Source: an uncultured bacterium (GTDB lineage Bacteria > Patescibacteriota > Minisyncoccia > Minisyncoccales > RBG-13-42-11). Taken from it: 64,000 nt of DNA. A program made the position numbers and the translations under genes. Shown one piece after another: positions 25,871 to 35,291 of the stretch (positions are counted from its first letter, which is position 1; the number at the start of each line of letters is the position of its first letter). Below the pieces are notes generated by a model, which had not been told where the DNA came from, searched no databases, and saw only the letters and a list, made by a program, of their open reading frames with translations. The DNA lies in the NCBI GenBank assembly GCA_963790795.1, contig CAWBPO010000003.1, positions 50,855 through 114,854 on the forward strand. Direction: 5' to 3'.

Positions 25871-27067
25871 TTATCTTAATTCTTGGCTTTTGACAACTGC
25901 TTTAGCTAAAAAAACAACAAAAACCACAAAGATTCCGCCGAAAATGAACAGCAACCGGTATCCTAAAAAACCAATGAGCAGACCTGAAACCAAAGCGCCC
26001 AAAGCAACCCCCAGAGGAGCAAAAATAGTATCAATGGCGCTGGCTTCTTCCGGTTCTGTTTTAAGCCGTCTGGAAACTAATCCGGAACGGCTAGAATTGC
26101 AAATCAAAGAACCGGCTGAACGAATTAGGTCAATAACCAAGACGCTGATAAAATTTAAGAAACCCAAAGCTACGCCAAAAATAATTGAAAATAGCCCGTC
26201 AACCAATCCGCCCTGAAAAACGTTCGTCTTGCTGTCGGTTTTTTCCAAACGCTTAATAAGAAATAAAGATAAAGGGACGAATAAAGCCGAAGAAACAGAA
26301 GCAAAAATTAAAATCAAATTCTGCGACCAAACCAATTGGTCTTTTAAAAATAAAACGAAAAATGCTCTGTAAAATCCACCCAAAAGCAAAACGGAAAAAG
26401 AAATCAAAAGAAAAGGCAAAATGTTTTTTCTCTTCAAAATCTGAAAAACCTTGTGATAATTGTCTTGAGAATCGTCTAATCCAAAGTTTTCATCAGTCAA
26501 AGGGGCTGCCGGCTTTCTCAATTTAATAAAGCAAAAAACAGCTGTAAAAAGATGAAGAATTAAGCTTAAGATAAACACGCCGACAAAATCAAACTGCCAG
26601 ACAAAAAAAGCGCCGACAGCCGGAGCTATGGCATCAGCGTAAAAAGGAGCGGAGTAAAACCAGCCGAAAGACCTGTCGGAATTCTCCAAAGAAAATCCCA
26701 TTAAAATTGAACGCATTGAAACAAAAAACAAAGCAGCGGAAATCCCCAGTAAAACCTGCCAGAAATAAAACAAAACCTGGTTTTGAATCAAAATCATGCC
26801 CAAAGCGTAAAGAGCGTAACCAAAAATTCCAAGACTTGAAAGTATCGCCGGATTAACCTTGTGATTTAAAAAACCGGCAATCGGAGAAAAAAGAGAAAGA
26901 GGCAGATAAATCAGCAAAAATGAATAACCGACCTCAGGCAGAGATAATCCTCGCGCAACCAAAAACAAAGGAAAATATAAAGAAAATGTTTTGTAGCCGA
27001 ATAATAAAAAGAAATGGACTATTGTTGCGTCCTTGGTAATCTTTTCGATCTTGGGAATAAAAAACAT
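25871..27067 (-). CDS. MFS-type transporter
   Basis: 398 aa with about 12 hydrophobic helices arranged as in MFS transporters. Confidence 0.7.
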   Translation of the reverse strand: MFFIPKIEKITKDATIVHFFLLFGYKTFSLYFPLFLVARGLSLPEVGYSFLLIYLPLSLFSPIAGFLNHKVNPAILSSLGIFGYALYALGMILIQNQVLFYFWQVLLGISAALFFVSMRSILMGFSLENSDRSFGWFYSAPFYADAIAPAVGAFFVWQFDFVGVFILSLILHLFTAVFCFIKLRKPAAPLTDENFGLDDSQDNYHKVFQILKRKNILPFLLISFSVLLLGGFYRAFFVLFLKDQLVWSQNLILIFASVSSALFVPLSLFLIKRLEKTDSKTNVFQGGLVDGLFSIIFGVALGFLNFISVLVIDLIRSAGSLICNSSRSGLVSRRLKTEPEEASAIDTIFAPLGVALGALVSGLLIGFLGYRLLFIFGGIFVVFVVFLAKAVVKSQELR

Positions 27068-27145
27068 ATTTTATAAGTTTAGCAATTTTTAAAGAAAAAA
27101 TAAAATGCGCCCAACCACGTCCAGCGTAATTAAGCGCATATAGTT

Positions 27146-27865
27146 TCATAAATGCAATTCCTTCCGGAACAGAGATAAAGCCTCTTCTATATCCATGAAA
27201 TATTCAGTCCGTCGCCAATCAGGTTTTACCTCCGTTAGCATTATCCTTGCCTCGTTTACATACTTAGGGTTTGTGCTGGCGGCAAAAATTGCTCCCAGAC
27301 TCATCCGGCACATGCGCTTTCCCCAACCGGATAGCAATTGTTCTCCCTTAGGCTGCATAGCTAGCGAAAAGAGTTCTTCGGGGTTAATGTCAATTGTCTG
27401 ACGTTTCATCTCGGCTTGTTCATCCCAGCATTCCGGGGGCAGTGGAATCATAAGCGCCCAGTCCTCTGAGCTCTTCTCTTGATTAATAAATTTAGCTCGA
27501 TATAGCTGTAATTTACTGGGCATGGAAACTGCCAAGCCCAATTCTTCTTTGCTTTCCCTTTGCCCCTCGTCGAATAATCCTTGCGAGGTTAATAATTTTT
27601 TAAAATCTTTTTCTTTTACTCCCCCGCCGGTCAGTTCAAAATCACCTTTATAAGATACCCCGGGCGTAACCGTTGAACCCTTCTCTGTGCGCTTTTGCAG
27701 ACGCAATTTACCTTCTTTGGTTATTAGGCCGAAAAAGACTCCAACGGTTATTTTCTCTCGGCGCGTTTCCTGCTCTTCTTTTAAGCAGAAATAAATTACT
27801 CCGTTGCAGCCGGCAACGAAAGCCACTAGACATACGAATCCTACAAAAAGAAATAACTCTGCCAT
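27146..27865 (-). CDS. membrane-anchored Nudix-like protein in a GC-richer island
   Basis: N-terminal TM helix. TGGGVKE, about 12 aa, then QRESKEELGL resembles a Nudix box (REuxEExGu) with an insertion. AAGGAG lies 8 nt upstream of the ATG. Hand counts gave about 47-57% GC in two 60-nt lines versus about 32% in a flank line. Confidence 0.45.
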   Translation of the reverse strand: MAELFLFVGFVCLVAFVAGCNGVIYFCLKEEQETRREKITVGVFFGLITKEGKLRLQKRTEKGSTVTPGVSYKGDFELTGGGVKEKDFKKLLTSQGLFDEGQRESKEELGLAVSMPSKLQLYRAKFINQEKSSEDWALMIPLPPECWDEQAEMKRQTIDINPEELFSLAMQPKGEQLLSGWGKRMCRMSLGAIFAASTNPKYVNEARIMLTEVKPDWRRTEYFMDIEEALSLFRKELHL

Positions 27866-28090
27866 TTCAATAACTCCTTTCTTCTCTTATTTTTTCGTTA
27901 TATATCAACCCATATTGGGGAATTAAAATGAACTTCCTCCTCCCTCCTTATAATCCAATATACTACCATGCTCTTTTCAAAATGTCAAGATTGGTATAGA
28001 ATAATCTTATGCCCGGTAGTGAAAATTCGACCACTGCCGGAGCAGTAAAATAAAAATTAATAATTTTTGTCGAATTTCTACTAACCGGGT

Positions 28091-29395
28091 ATGACCAAAA
28101 AAACCAGAACAATCCTATTTTTAGCTTGTTTGTTTTTATTCGTCCTAATTGCGCCCTCAATAGTCCTGTATTCACAAGGATACAGAATTGATTTTAACCC
28201 TCCGGTTGACGGAAAAAGAATCACTCAAACAGGAGGTCTTTTTCTGAAAGTCGTACCCAAACAAACGGATATTTACATTGACGGCAAATTAAAGAAAAAA
28301 ACTGACTTTTTCTTCGGTTCTGTTTTGATTGAAAACCTCATTCCCAAAAAATATAAAATAGAAATTAAAAAACCAACTGGCCAGGAAGAATACTATCCCT
28401 GGGAGAAAAACTTGGAAATATGGGAAAAGCAGGTAGCTGAAGCTAAAAACGTTGTCCTTTTCCCAAAAAACGTCAACTTCAACTCCTTGTCGGCCAACGT
28501 GGAAAAACTCTGGCTTTCTCCAGACCAAAAGAAACTGATCTTGAAAGAAAATGAAAACGCCAGTTGGTCTTTAAAGCTCTATGACATAGAAAAGAATATA
28601 AAGAGTCATTTAATAAGCGACGAGGACTTTTTCGCAAAAGAACCGCAATTAGTCAATCTGGAATTCTCAGACGATTCAAGGAATCTTAATCTGGAAATCA
28701 GCGTAAAAGAAGCAGTACAATATTTCACTTTGGATCTCAATCAAGCAAAACCGACCCTGAATAAAAAAGAATTAACCGCGAAGCCAGCGGTAAATATCTT
28801 AGTTCAAGAACAGGCTGGCAACGACCTATATTATCTGGATAATTTCGGCTATCTTTTCAGAAACAAAGAAAAGCTGGCAGAAACGCCTTTCCCGGCAAAG
28901 CAGGAAACAGAATATTCCTTAAACGTTTTCAACGGCAATATCTTTTTAAAAGAAAACGACAGCCTGTATAAATTCAACTACGACCTGAAAACTTTTGAAA
29001 ATTTCTTTGAAGGAATCAACGTTTTAAAACTTTCTCCGGACAGCAAAAAACTATTGTATTCTTCAAACAATGAAATCTGGATTCTCTTTCTAAGCGACAA
29101 AACAGACCAGCCGCAAAAAAAAGCAGGAGAAAAACTTTTCCTGATCCGCCTAACAGACACGATAACAGATATTTCCTGGATAAACGACAATTATCTGGCT
29201 TTGGTTGCCGGTAATGTCATTAAAATAACCGAAATAGACGAAAGAGACAAAATTAATATTATAGACATCTTTGAAACAAAAAAACTTCCCCAAGAAGGAA
29301 GCATCAATAAAATGTTCTGGAACCGGCTTGACGACAAAATCTATCTTTTAAACGAAAACGGCTATTTATACGGTTCTAACGTTCTCCTCCCTTAA
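28091..29395 (+). CDS. hypothetical membrane-anchored protein with PEGA-like and TolB/beta-propeller-like repeats
   Basis: N-terminal TM helix. IDGKLKKKTDFFFGSVLIENLIPKKYKIEIKK is PEGA-like. LSPDQKKLIL / LSPDSKKLLYSSNNEIWI motifs are repeated. Confidence 0.6.
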   Translation: MTKKTRTILFLACLFLFVLIAPSIVLYSQGYRIDFNPPVDGKRITQTGGLFLKVVPKQTDIYIDGKLKKKTDFFFGSVLIENLIPKKYKIEIKKPTGQEEYYPWEKNLEIWEKQVAEAKNVVLFPKNVNFNSLSANVEKLWLSPDQKKLILKENENASWSLKLYDIEKNIKSHLISDEDFFAKEPQLVNLEFSDDSRNLNLEISVKEAVQYFTLDLNQAKPTLNKKELTAKPAVNILVQEQAGNDLYYLDNFGYLFRNKEKLAETPFPAKQETEYSLNVFNGNIFLKENDSLYKFNYDLKTFENFFEGINVLKLSPDSKKLLYSSNNEIWILFLSDKTDQPQKKAGEKLFLIRLTDTITDISWINDNYLALVAGNVIKITEIDERDKINIIDIFETKKLPQEGSINKMFWNRLDDKIYLLNENGYLYGSNVLLP

Positions 29396-30073
29396 TTTAA
29401 TCTTCTTTTTGAAGGTTTCCCAATTCATTTCTCCATTATTGGCTATGGCGCAAACTTCTCTAAACTGGCAGTAACGGCACTGCCAACTGTCAGGGTAATC
29501 CGCTAGTCTGTCCGGAATAATATTCTTGTCAATCTTTTTTTTAACATCATTCAAACCGTCCAAAAGTGAAAGGGCGCGTTTTTTATCGTATTTAACGACA
29601 AAATCCTTTAATGTCTGGTTATCTTTATTAACATAAAGCAGTATGCCTTTAGGAATCTTAAAATAATGCAAATAAAGCTGAAGCTGGTCAATGTTCTCCT
29701 CTTTTGGTTCATCAAGCTTGCTGAAAATCATGCTGTTCATGCTTTTAATGTCCAAAACATATAATTCCGTGCCGTCGCTGATTATCGCATCAGCCCTGCC
29801 AGAAATCAATTCCTGGGGAGGAATATTCACCTCGGCAGCTACCACATGTATTTCTCTGGTACTCAAAAGAGGCTTCATGATGAGCTGGTGAATGTGGTCG
29901 CCGTGGTCAAACAGCCTTAAGATATTGGCTTCCATTTCTTTTCTGGGAATGTTTTTAAATTTAAAAAACAAAGCTCTGCCGCATTTGCCTGCGTCAGTAA
30001 TGTAAAAGTGATGCTGCTCTTTATCTCTCTGCCTGTCCAAATAGAATTTATCAATAATCTCTTTTAAAAACAT
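29366..30073 (-). CDS. PD-(D/E)XK nuclease of the Cas4/DUF83 type with a 4-Cys Fe-S signature
   Basis: One Cys in GKCGR plus C-terminal CRYCQFREVC (CX2CX5C). GRADAI, LDIKS (DxK) and QLQLY (QxxxY) motifs. Confidence 0.65.
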   Translation of the reverse strand: MFLKEIIDKFYLDRQRDKEQHHFYITDAGKCGRALFFKFKNIPRKEMEANILRLFDHGDHIHQLIMKPLLSTREIHVVAAEVNIPPQELISGRADAIISDGTELYVLDIKSMNSMIFSKLDEPKEENIDQLQLYLHYFKIPKGILLYVNKDNQTLKDFVVKYDKKRALSLLDGLNDVKKKIDKNIIPDRLADYPDSWQCRYCQFREVCAIANNGEMNWETFKKKIKLREENVRTV

Positions 30074-30079
30074 ATATTT

Positions 30080-30577
30080 TTATCGTTTCTGCCACTGAGG
30101 AGCGCGACGAGCACGCTTTAATCCGAATTTCTTTCTTTCCCTCATTCTGGGATCTCTTTTCAAAAAACCTGCCTTTTTCAACTTTTTCCTCAATTCCGCA
30201 TCATATAAAACTAAAGCACGAGCCAAACCGTGCCTGGCAGCTTCAGCCTGAGAAGATATCCCCCCACCTTTTGCTTTTATTGAAACCTTAAACTTATCCA
30301 AGCAATCAGTTAAGCCCAAGGGAGACAAAACAATCAACTGCAGGCCTTTTATCGGGAAATACTTTTCCAAAGGCTTTTCATTAATTGAAAAAGTCTTTTC
30401 TTTTTGGGCAGAAATTCTCACCCTGGCTACAGATGTCTTTCTTCTGCCTATACCTTCAAAATACCTGGCTGCTTTGGGCTTGACCGCTTCTTTGGAAGCT
30501 TTTTTAACCGAAGTAGTTTTTTTAACTTTTTTAACTTTCTTCGGATTTTCTTTTTTTATTTTTTTAAACTTTTTCAT
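30080..30577 (-). CDS. rpsI: ribosomal protein S9 with Lys-rich N-terminal extension
   Basis: GIGRRKTSVARVRI, C-terminus KFGLKRARRAPQWQKR. Confidence 0.95.
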   Translation of the reverse strand: MKKFKKIKKENPKKVKKVKKTTSVKKASKEAVKPKAARYFEGIGRRKTSVARVRISAQKEKTFSINEKPLEKYFPIKGLQLIVLSPLGLTDCLDKFKVSIKAKGGGISSQAEAARHGLARALVLYDAELRKKLKKAGFLKRDPRMRERKKFGLKRARRAPQWQKR

Positions 30578-30917
30578 ACTTTAATCGCTTTATCATTTTT
30601 GCTCTTAATTTGTTCTTGGGCAGCATACCAAAAACAGCTTTGTCTAAAACTTCCTTCGGATTTTTCTCAAACAGCTTTTCCAAAGTTATTTCTTTCAACC
30701 CTCCCAGATATCCGGAATGATGATAGTATTTCTTCTGTTTTAATTTCCTGCCGGTAAACTTCATCTTGTCAACGTTTTTAACAATGACGATGTCGCCTAT
30801 GTCTTTGTACGGCGCAAAATCTGCTTTTTGTTTGCCACGTAAAAGCACGGCTATTTCAACAGCCAATCTGCCCAAAACCTTGCTGCTGGCGTCTATTGTG
30901 TGGGTTTTCCTTTCCAT
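30564..30917 (-). CDS. rplM: ribosomal protein L13
   Basis: VLGRLAVEIAVLLRGK, YYHHSGYLGGLK. Confidence 0.95.
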   Translation of the reverse strand: MERKTHTIDASSKVLGRLAVEIAVLLRGKQKADFAPYKDIGDIVIVKNVDKMKFTGRKLKQKKYYHHSGYLGGLKEITLEKLFEKNPKEVLDKAVFGMLPKNKLRAKMIKRLKYEKV

Positions 30918-30918
30918 T

Positions 30919-31269
30919 TTATTTAATCAGCTCTATTACGGCCATTCTGGCAGCGTCTGCCTTTCTCTGACCAAACTTGATAATCCTGGTGTATCCCCCT
31001 TTTCTCTCTTTGAATCTGGGAGCAATTTCATCAATCAATTTCTTAACTACTTTAGCGGAAAAAAACTTTGCCAATAATCTCCGGGAAGCCAAATCAGCCT
31101 TTTTTGCCTTGGTAATCTTTTTTTCGACAAAAGAGGAAAGCTCTTTTGCTTTAGCTTGGGTAGTCTTAATTTTTTCTTTCAATATCAAAGAAGAAGCCAG
31201 AGACTTCAAAAGAGCGGATCTTTGGTCCTTCTTCCTATTTAGTTTTTTCCCCTTTTTTCTTTTTCTCAT
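30919..31269 (-). CDS. rplQ: ribosomal protein L17
   Basis: LLKSLASSLILKEKIKTTQAKAKE, GGYTRIIK. Confidence 0.9.
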   Translation of the reverse strand: MRKRKKGKKLNRKKDQRSALLKSLASSLILKEKIKTTQAKAKELSSFVEKKITKAKKADLASRRLLAKFFSAKVVKKLIDEIAPRFKERKGGYTRIIKFGQRKADAARMAVIELIK

Positions 31270-32062
31270 TTTTTGTTTTTTTGCTTACTGGTTTTTCTTT
31301 TTTGGGCTTTTTGGTAATTTTTTTCTTTTCCTCAACCTTCTTTGTTTCAAGACCAACTTTCGGTCTGAAAGAATCAGCAAACAAAGAAAAGTGACTAATC
31401 AGGATTTCTGAAGCCTGTAAGAAGGCCTGCTCTGGCTCAATAATACCGTCTGTTTCAATTTCCAGAAACAATCTGTCAAAGTCCGTTCTTTCCCCAACAC
31501 GCATATTCTCAACCCTGTAGGTTACTCTCTTTACTGGCGTGAAACTGGCATCCAATAAAATGGCTCCTATCTCCAGTTTCTCCTGTACAGAGCCAGCAGT
31601 TTTCTTCCTTGTTTCCCGGCTGGAATAGCCAATCCCCTTTTCAATCTGAATCTCCATTTCCAGCTCAGCTGACCTTGAACTCAAGGTGGCAATATGGCAG
31701 TTTTTATTTGCCAGTTCCACTTGGCTTGACAATTTGAAGTCAGAACCTTTCACTATTCTTTCTCCCTTTACTTTTAAAGTTGCTTTCTGCGGTTCATCGC
31801 TGAACAATTTAAATCTTAACTGCTTCAAATTGAGCATTATGGTGATAACATCTTCCAAGATTCCCGGAATTGTTGAAAATTCATGGGAAACGCCTTTAAT
31901 TTTAACCTGAGTGACAGCTGCCCCTTCTAAGGAAGACAATAAAATCCGTCTCAAGGAATTTCCAATTGTCACTCCGTAGCCAGGATGCAAAGCCTCTATT
32001 TCAAAAACAGCTTTATTCCCTTCTTTTTTAACGATTTTTGGAGCGTGAGATAAATTAATCAT
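31235..32062 (-). CDS. rpoA: RNA polymerase alpha subunit, N-terminal domain only, ending in a Lys-rich tail (no alpha-CTD)
   Basis: FEIEALHPGYGVTIGNSLRRILLSSLEGAAVT. After about 235 aa the sequence becomes KKVEEKKKITKKPKKEKPVSKKTK. The start is trimmed to MINLSH (32062), next to the rpsD stop. Confidence 0.85.
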   Translation of the reverse strand: MINLSHAPKIVKKEGNKAVFEIEALHPGYGVTIGNSLRRILLSSLEGAAVTQVKIKGVSHEFSTIPGILEDVITIMLNLKQLRFKLFSDEPQKATLKVKGERIVKGSDFKLSSQVELANKNCHIATLSSRSAELEMEIQIEKGIGYSSRETRKKTAGSVQEKLEIGAILLDASFTPVKRVTYRVENMRVGERTDFDRLFLEIETDGIIEPEQAFLQASEILISHFSLFADSFRPKVGLETKKVEEKKKITKKPKKEKPVSKKTKNEKKKKGEKTK

Positions 32063-32063
32063 A

Positions 32064-32693
32064 TTATTTTGAATAAAACTCAAAAATTGCGGAGAGTTCT
32101 GCCGGCGGGACAGCCTCTTCCAAATTTGGTGAATCAATGACCTTTGCCTCCAGTTTCTCAGCATCTAATTTCAGCCAAGACGGAGGATTATGTTTTTTTA
32201 AAACAGAAGATAATTTCTGGAAAATAATTTTCTTCGTAGAATGAGGGTTAATACTGATCTTGTCTCCTTTTTTGACCAGATAACTGGGAATGTTAATCGC
32301 TCTGTCGTTTATCATAAAATGACGGTGGGAAACCATTTGACGGGCAGCCAGCTTGGAAGGAGCAAAGCCCAATTTAAAAACCACATTGTCCAAACGGCTC
32401 TCCAAGGTCTTAATCAAAGCAGCTCCGACATCTGCCACTTTCCCCCGCGCTTTTAAAATCTCTTTTACATATTTTCTGAACTGCTTCTCTTCCAAATTAT
32501 ACCAGTTTTTAAGCTTTTGCTTTTCCTTTAATTCTTTGCCGTATTCAGAAAGTGCTTTTACTCTTTTCTTCGCTTTGGGCCCTGGCGGATAAGGTTTTTT
32601 GACCATGGAGCATTTCTGCGATAAACACCTCTCGCCTCTTAAAAAAAGCTTTATTCCTGCCCGACGACAAATTTTACATTTAGAATCTCTCAT
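32064..32693 (-). CDS. rpsD: ribosomal protein S4
   Basis: CKICRRAGIKLFLRGERC, LESRLDNVVFKLGFA. Confidence 0.95.
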   Translation of the reverse strand: MRDSKCKICRRAGIKLFLRGERCLSQKCSMVKKPYPPGPKAKKRVKALSEYGKELKEKQKLKNWYNLEEKQFRKYVKEILKARGKVADVGAALIKTLESRLDNVVFKLGFAPSKLAARQMVSHRHFMINDRAINIPSYLVKKGDKISINPHSTKKIIFQKLSSVLKKHNPPSWLKLDAEKLEAKVIDSPNLEEAVPPAELSAIFEFYSK

Positions 32694-32697
32694 AAGT

Positions 32698-33147
32698 TTA
32701 AACCCTTCTTACTTTTGGCCGCCTGCAGCCGTTATGAGGAACAGGCGTTATGTCTTTTATTGAAACTATGTCTAAGCCCCTGGCAGCCAATGACCTTATC
32801 GCTGATTCCCGTCCTGAGCCTATCCCCTTCACAAAAATCTCTATCTTTTCAATGCCGATTTTCTGAGCGATCTGTGTTATGGCTTCAGCTACTTTTGAAG
32901 CGGCAAAAGGCGTTGCTTTCTTGGTTCCTTTAAAGCCGATATTGCCTGAACTCGTCCACCCCAAAACATCCCCTTTGTTGTCTGTCAAAGTGATAAGAGT
33001 GTTGTTGTAAGAAGAAGCAATATAAATTCTCCCCTCTTTAATTTTTTTAAGGGTTTTTTTGGACTGCTCTTTCACTTTCGTTTCTACCTTTTCACCTTCT
33101 TTTAACAGCTCTTCTTCAGTTTGTCGTATAACGCGTTTTTTACCCAT
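32698..33147 (-). CDS. rpsK: ribosomal protein S11 (with N-terminal extension)
   Basis: GRIYIASSYNNTLITLTD, PHNGCRRPKVRRV. Start trimmed to MGKKR. Confidence 0.9.
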   Translation of the reverse strand: MGKKRVIRQTEEELLKEGEKVETKVKEQSKKTLKKIKEGRIYIASSYNNTLITLTDNKGDVLGWTSSGNIGFKGTKKATPFAASKVAEAITQIAQKIGIEKIEIFVKGIGSGRESAIRSLAARGLDIVSIKDITPVPHNGCRRPKVRRV

Positions 33148-33151
33148 AATA

Positions 33152-33541
33152 TTATGTAGGACCCGGAGGCGGCTTTCTGCCTGAACCAACAGTCTTTCTA
33201 ACATTACCCCTGACAGTTCTCGTATTGGTTCTGCTTCTTTGCCCCCGCACAGGCAAGCCTTTTATATGTCTAATGCCCCTCCATGTGCCTGCGTCTTTTA
33301 ACCTTTTAATATTCATCATAATTTCTCTTTTTAATTCACCCTCTGCTTTGTAATTCTTCTCAATTATGTCTTTGAGATGAGCAACTTCCTGAGCCGTTAA
33401 CTCAGAAGCTTTTTTTGTCGCTTGAATACCGGCTTCCGTTAAAATCTTTCTAGCCAAAGAACGGCCTATTCCGAAGATATAGGTTAAAGCTATTTCTATT
33501 TGTTTTTTTTCAGGGATGTTGATCCCGGCAATTCTTGGCAT
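33152..33541 (-). CDS. rpsM: ribosomal protein S13
   Basis: MPRIAGINIPEKKQIEIALTYIFGIG. Start trimmed so it does not overlap rpmJ. Confidence 0.9.
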   Translation of the reverse strand: MPRIAGINIPEKKQIEIALTYIFGIGRSLARKILTEAGIQATKKASELTAQEVAHLKDIIEKNYKAEGELKREIMMNIKRLKDAGTWRGIRHIKGLPVRGQRSRTNTRTVRGNVRKTVGSGRKPPPGPT

Positions 33542-33549
33542 AAATAAAC

Positions 33550-33666
33550 TTATCCTTGGCGCTGCTTGTGCTTTGGATTTTTTTTGCAAATAACATAAAT
33601 TCGTCCTGATCTTCGGACGATTTTACAATCTTTACAAATTTTTTTTACTGAAGGACGCACTTTCAT
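33550..33666 (-). CDS. rpmJ: ribosomal protein L36 (38 aa, missed by the 60-aa ORF cutoff)
   Basis: Hand translation gives [38 protein letters not shown], then stop. Lies between infA and rpsM. Confidence 0.9.
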   Translation of the reverse strand: MKVRPSVKKICKDCKIVRRSGRIYVICKKNPKHKQRQG

Positions 33667-33694
33667 ACTAAAAACAATATGCGACTTTAAGAAA

Positions 33695-33910
33695 TTATTT
33701 ATTGCGATATGTTATTCTCCCTTTTTTGGAATCGTAAGGGCTTAATTCAACCGTAACCCTGTCCCCTGGCAAGACCTTTATTCTGAACATCCTTAATTTG
33801 CCTGCCAAATGGCAAAACACTTCCTCCCCGTCGTCCAGTTTGACTTTAAAGTGAATACTGGGCAGGGCCTCTGTAATGGTTCCGGTTTTTGTTAAGTTTT
33901 TTTTGTCCAT
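33695..33910 (-). CDS. infA: translation initiation factor IF-1
   Basis: [40 protein letters not shown]. Confidence 0.95.
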   Translation of the reverse strand: MDKKNLTKTGTITEALPSIHFKVKLDDGEEVFCHLAGKLRMFRIKVLPGDRVTVELSPYDSKKGRITYRNK

Positions 33911-33968
33911 TAAGTAAGCAATTTTTAAGTTTATCAGAAATTGTTTATTTGGTCAATCCCAGCTTCAG

Positions 33969-35291
33969 TTAATCAATAACCAAATTGAACTTAATTTTAT
34001 TCAAGTCCTCAGGCACTTTATTGACCCAAAAAGGCCAAAACTTAACGCTGGTCTTGATAATTCTGGGTTGGTTTTCCAAGAACAATTTGGCTTCAAGTAA
34101 AGTCCTGTCTTTCAGAGCGTTTTTAAAGGTATATACGTCAACATCGTAATAGGTTTTAGCTGAAATCTTCAAAGAGACAGTGGTTTTGCCGGTCTCAACA
34201 TCTGTAATCTCAGGGTAATAATCTATTTGCAGGCTTTCCTCGTAAAGCTTTTTATCTTGAGCAAGCTGATAACTAATCATATCTTTGGCAAAGTTTCTGA
34301 CATCCTCTTTTTTGAACAATAATGTCTGGCACTGAGCTTTTACCTGATACTTAAATTCTTGTGTCTCCTCTCCGGCAGAAGCCAAAGAAAACTTTTCAAC
34401 GATTTCTGTCTGGATATTGTCTGGAATGTAGTCAAATTTTGAAGCAGTTTCCCCTGTTTGCAATTCGCTCTTTAAAAGCTCTTCGCATTCTTTCTTGGCT
34501 TGCTTTGTTAAAGATTCTTCAGCTTGAGCTAAATCTTGTTCTGTCATTTTGGCAACTTCTTCCTGAAAGCCGCCTGTCATCGCTTCAAAAGATTCTCCGT
34601 AAAACTTAGTATACCTGTCAGTGCCGGCAAACCCTGGTATGGAAAACTTGGTCGGGCCGATATTGTATTCTTCGCCTGACTGATCTGCCACAACTTTAAT
34701 GTCTATTTCTCCCGGAACAAACTTACCTTTTTCATAAGTGCTGCCTGGAACAGTAGATTTAATAGGCGTTCTAAACAGCTTTCCGTCAGCTGAAACAAAA
34801 CGGGTAGTCGCCAATAAAACCTGAGGAGAGGTTGAGTAAGAGTTGTATACCCTTATTATACCCTCTGCTTTTTCCTCTTTTAAAACTTTGCCAGAAGCCA
34901 AAAATCCCTGAACAACGGTCTTTTCCTTCTGCAGAATCTGAGCAGGAATTATTTTCATCAAAGAATCAGCTACTGTTGCATGCTGGTCAAGACTTACTTC
35001 CTCTTCCAAACTAATAAGTTCTGTTTCCGGCCAAACCTGTATTTCAGCTTTTGACAGAGTAATGTAGCAAAAAGCTCCCAATAAAAACAAAAAAAACAAA
35101 GAAAAAATCAAACCCTTTTTAAAAGGCGGAATCGGAACTTTTTTGACAAAAGATTTGAGAGATACCCGAGATTTCTTCTCGGCTTTCACCTCTGTTCTTT
35201 TTTCTTCCTGCTCCTCCTCCTTTTCTACCTCTATCTCTTTTTTTATCTCTATCTTTGAAGGAGGAAAAATGTCTATTACTTTTTTACTCAT
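33969..35291 (-). CDS. hypothetical membrane-anchored protein (acidic/Lys-rich N-terminus, one TM helix, large extracytoplasmic domain)
   Basis: 440-aa ORF with TM helix GLIFSLFFLFLLGAFCYITL. No family recognised. Confidence 0.6.
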   Translation of the reverse strand: MSKKVIDIFPPSKIEIKKEIEVEKEEEQEEKRTEVKAEKKSRVSLKSFVKKVPIPPFKKGLIFSLFFLFLLGAFCYITLSKAEIQVWPETELISLEEEVSLDQHATVADSLMKIIPAQILQKEKTVVQGFLASGKVLKEEKAEGIIRVYNSYSTSPQVLLATTRFVSADGKLFRTPIKSTVPGSTYEKGKFVPGEIDIKVVADQSGEEYNIGPTKFSIPGFAGTDRYTKFYGESFEAMTGGFQEEVAKMTEQDLAQAEESLTKQAKKECEELLKSELQTGETASKFDYIPDNIQTEIVEKFSLASAGEETQEFKYQVKAQCQTLLFKKEDVRNFAKDMISYQLAQDKKLYEESLQIDYYPEITDVETGKTTVSLKISAKTYYDVDVYTFKNALKDRTLLEAKLFLENQPRIIKTSVKFWPFWVNKVPEDLNKIKFNLVID

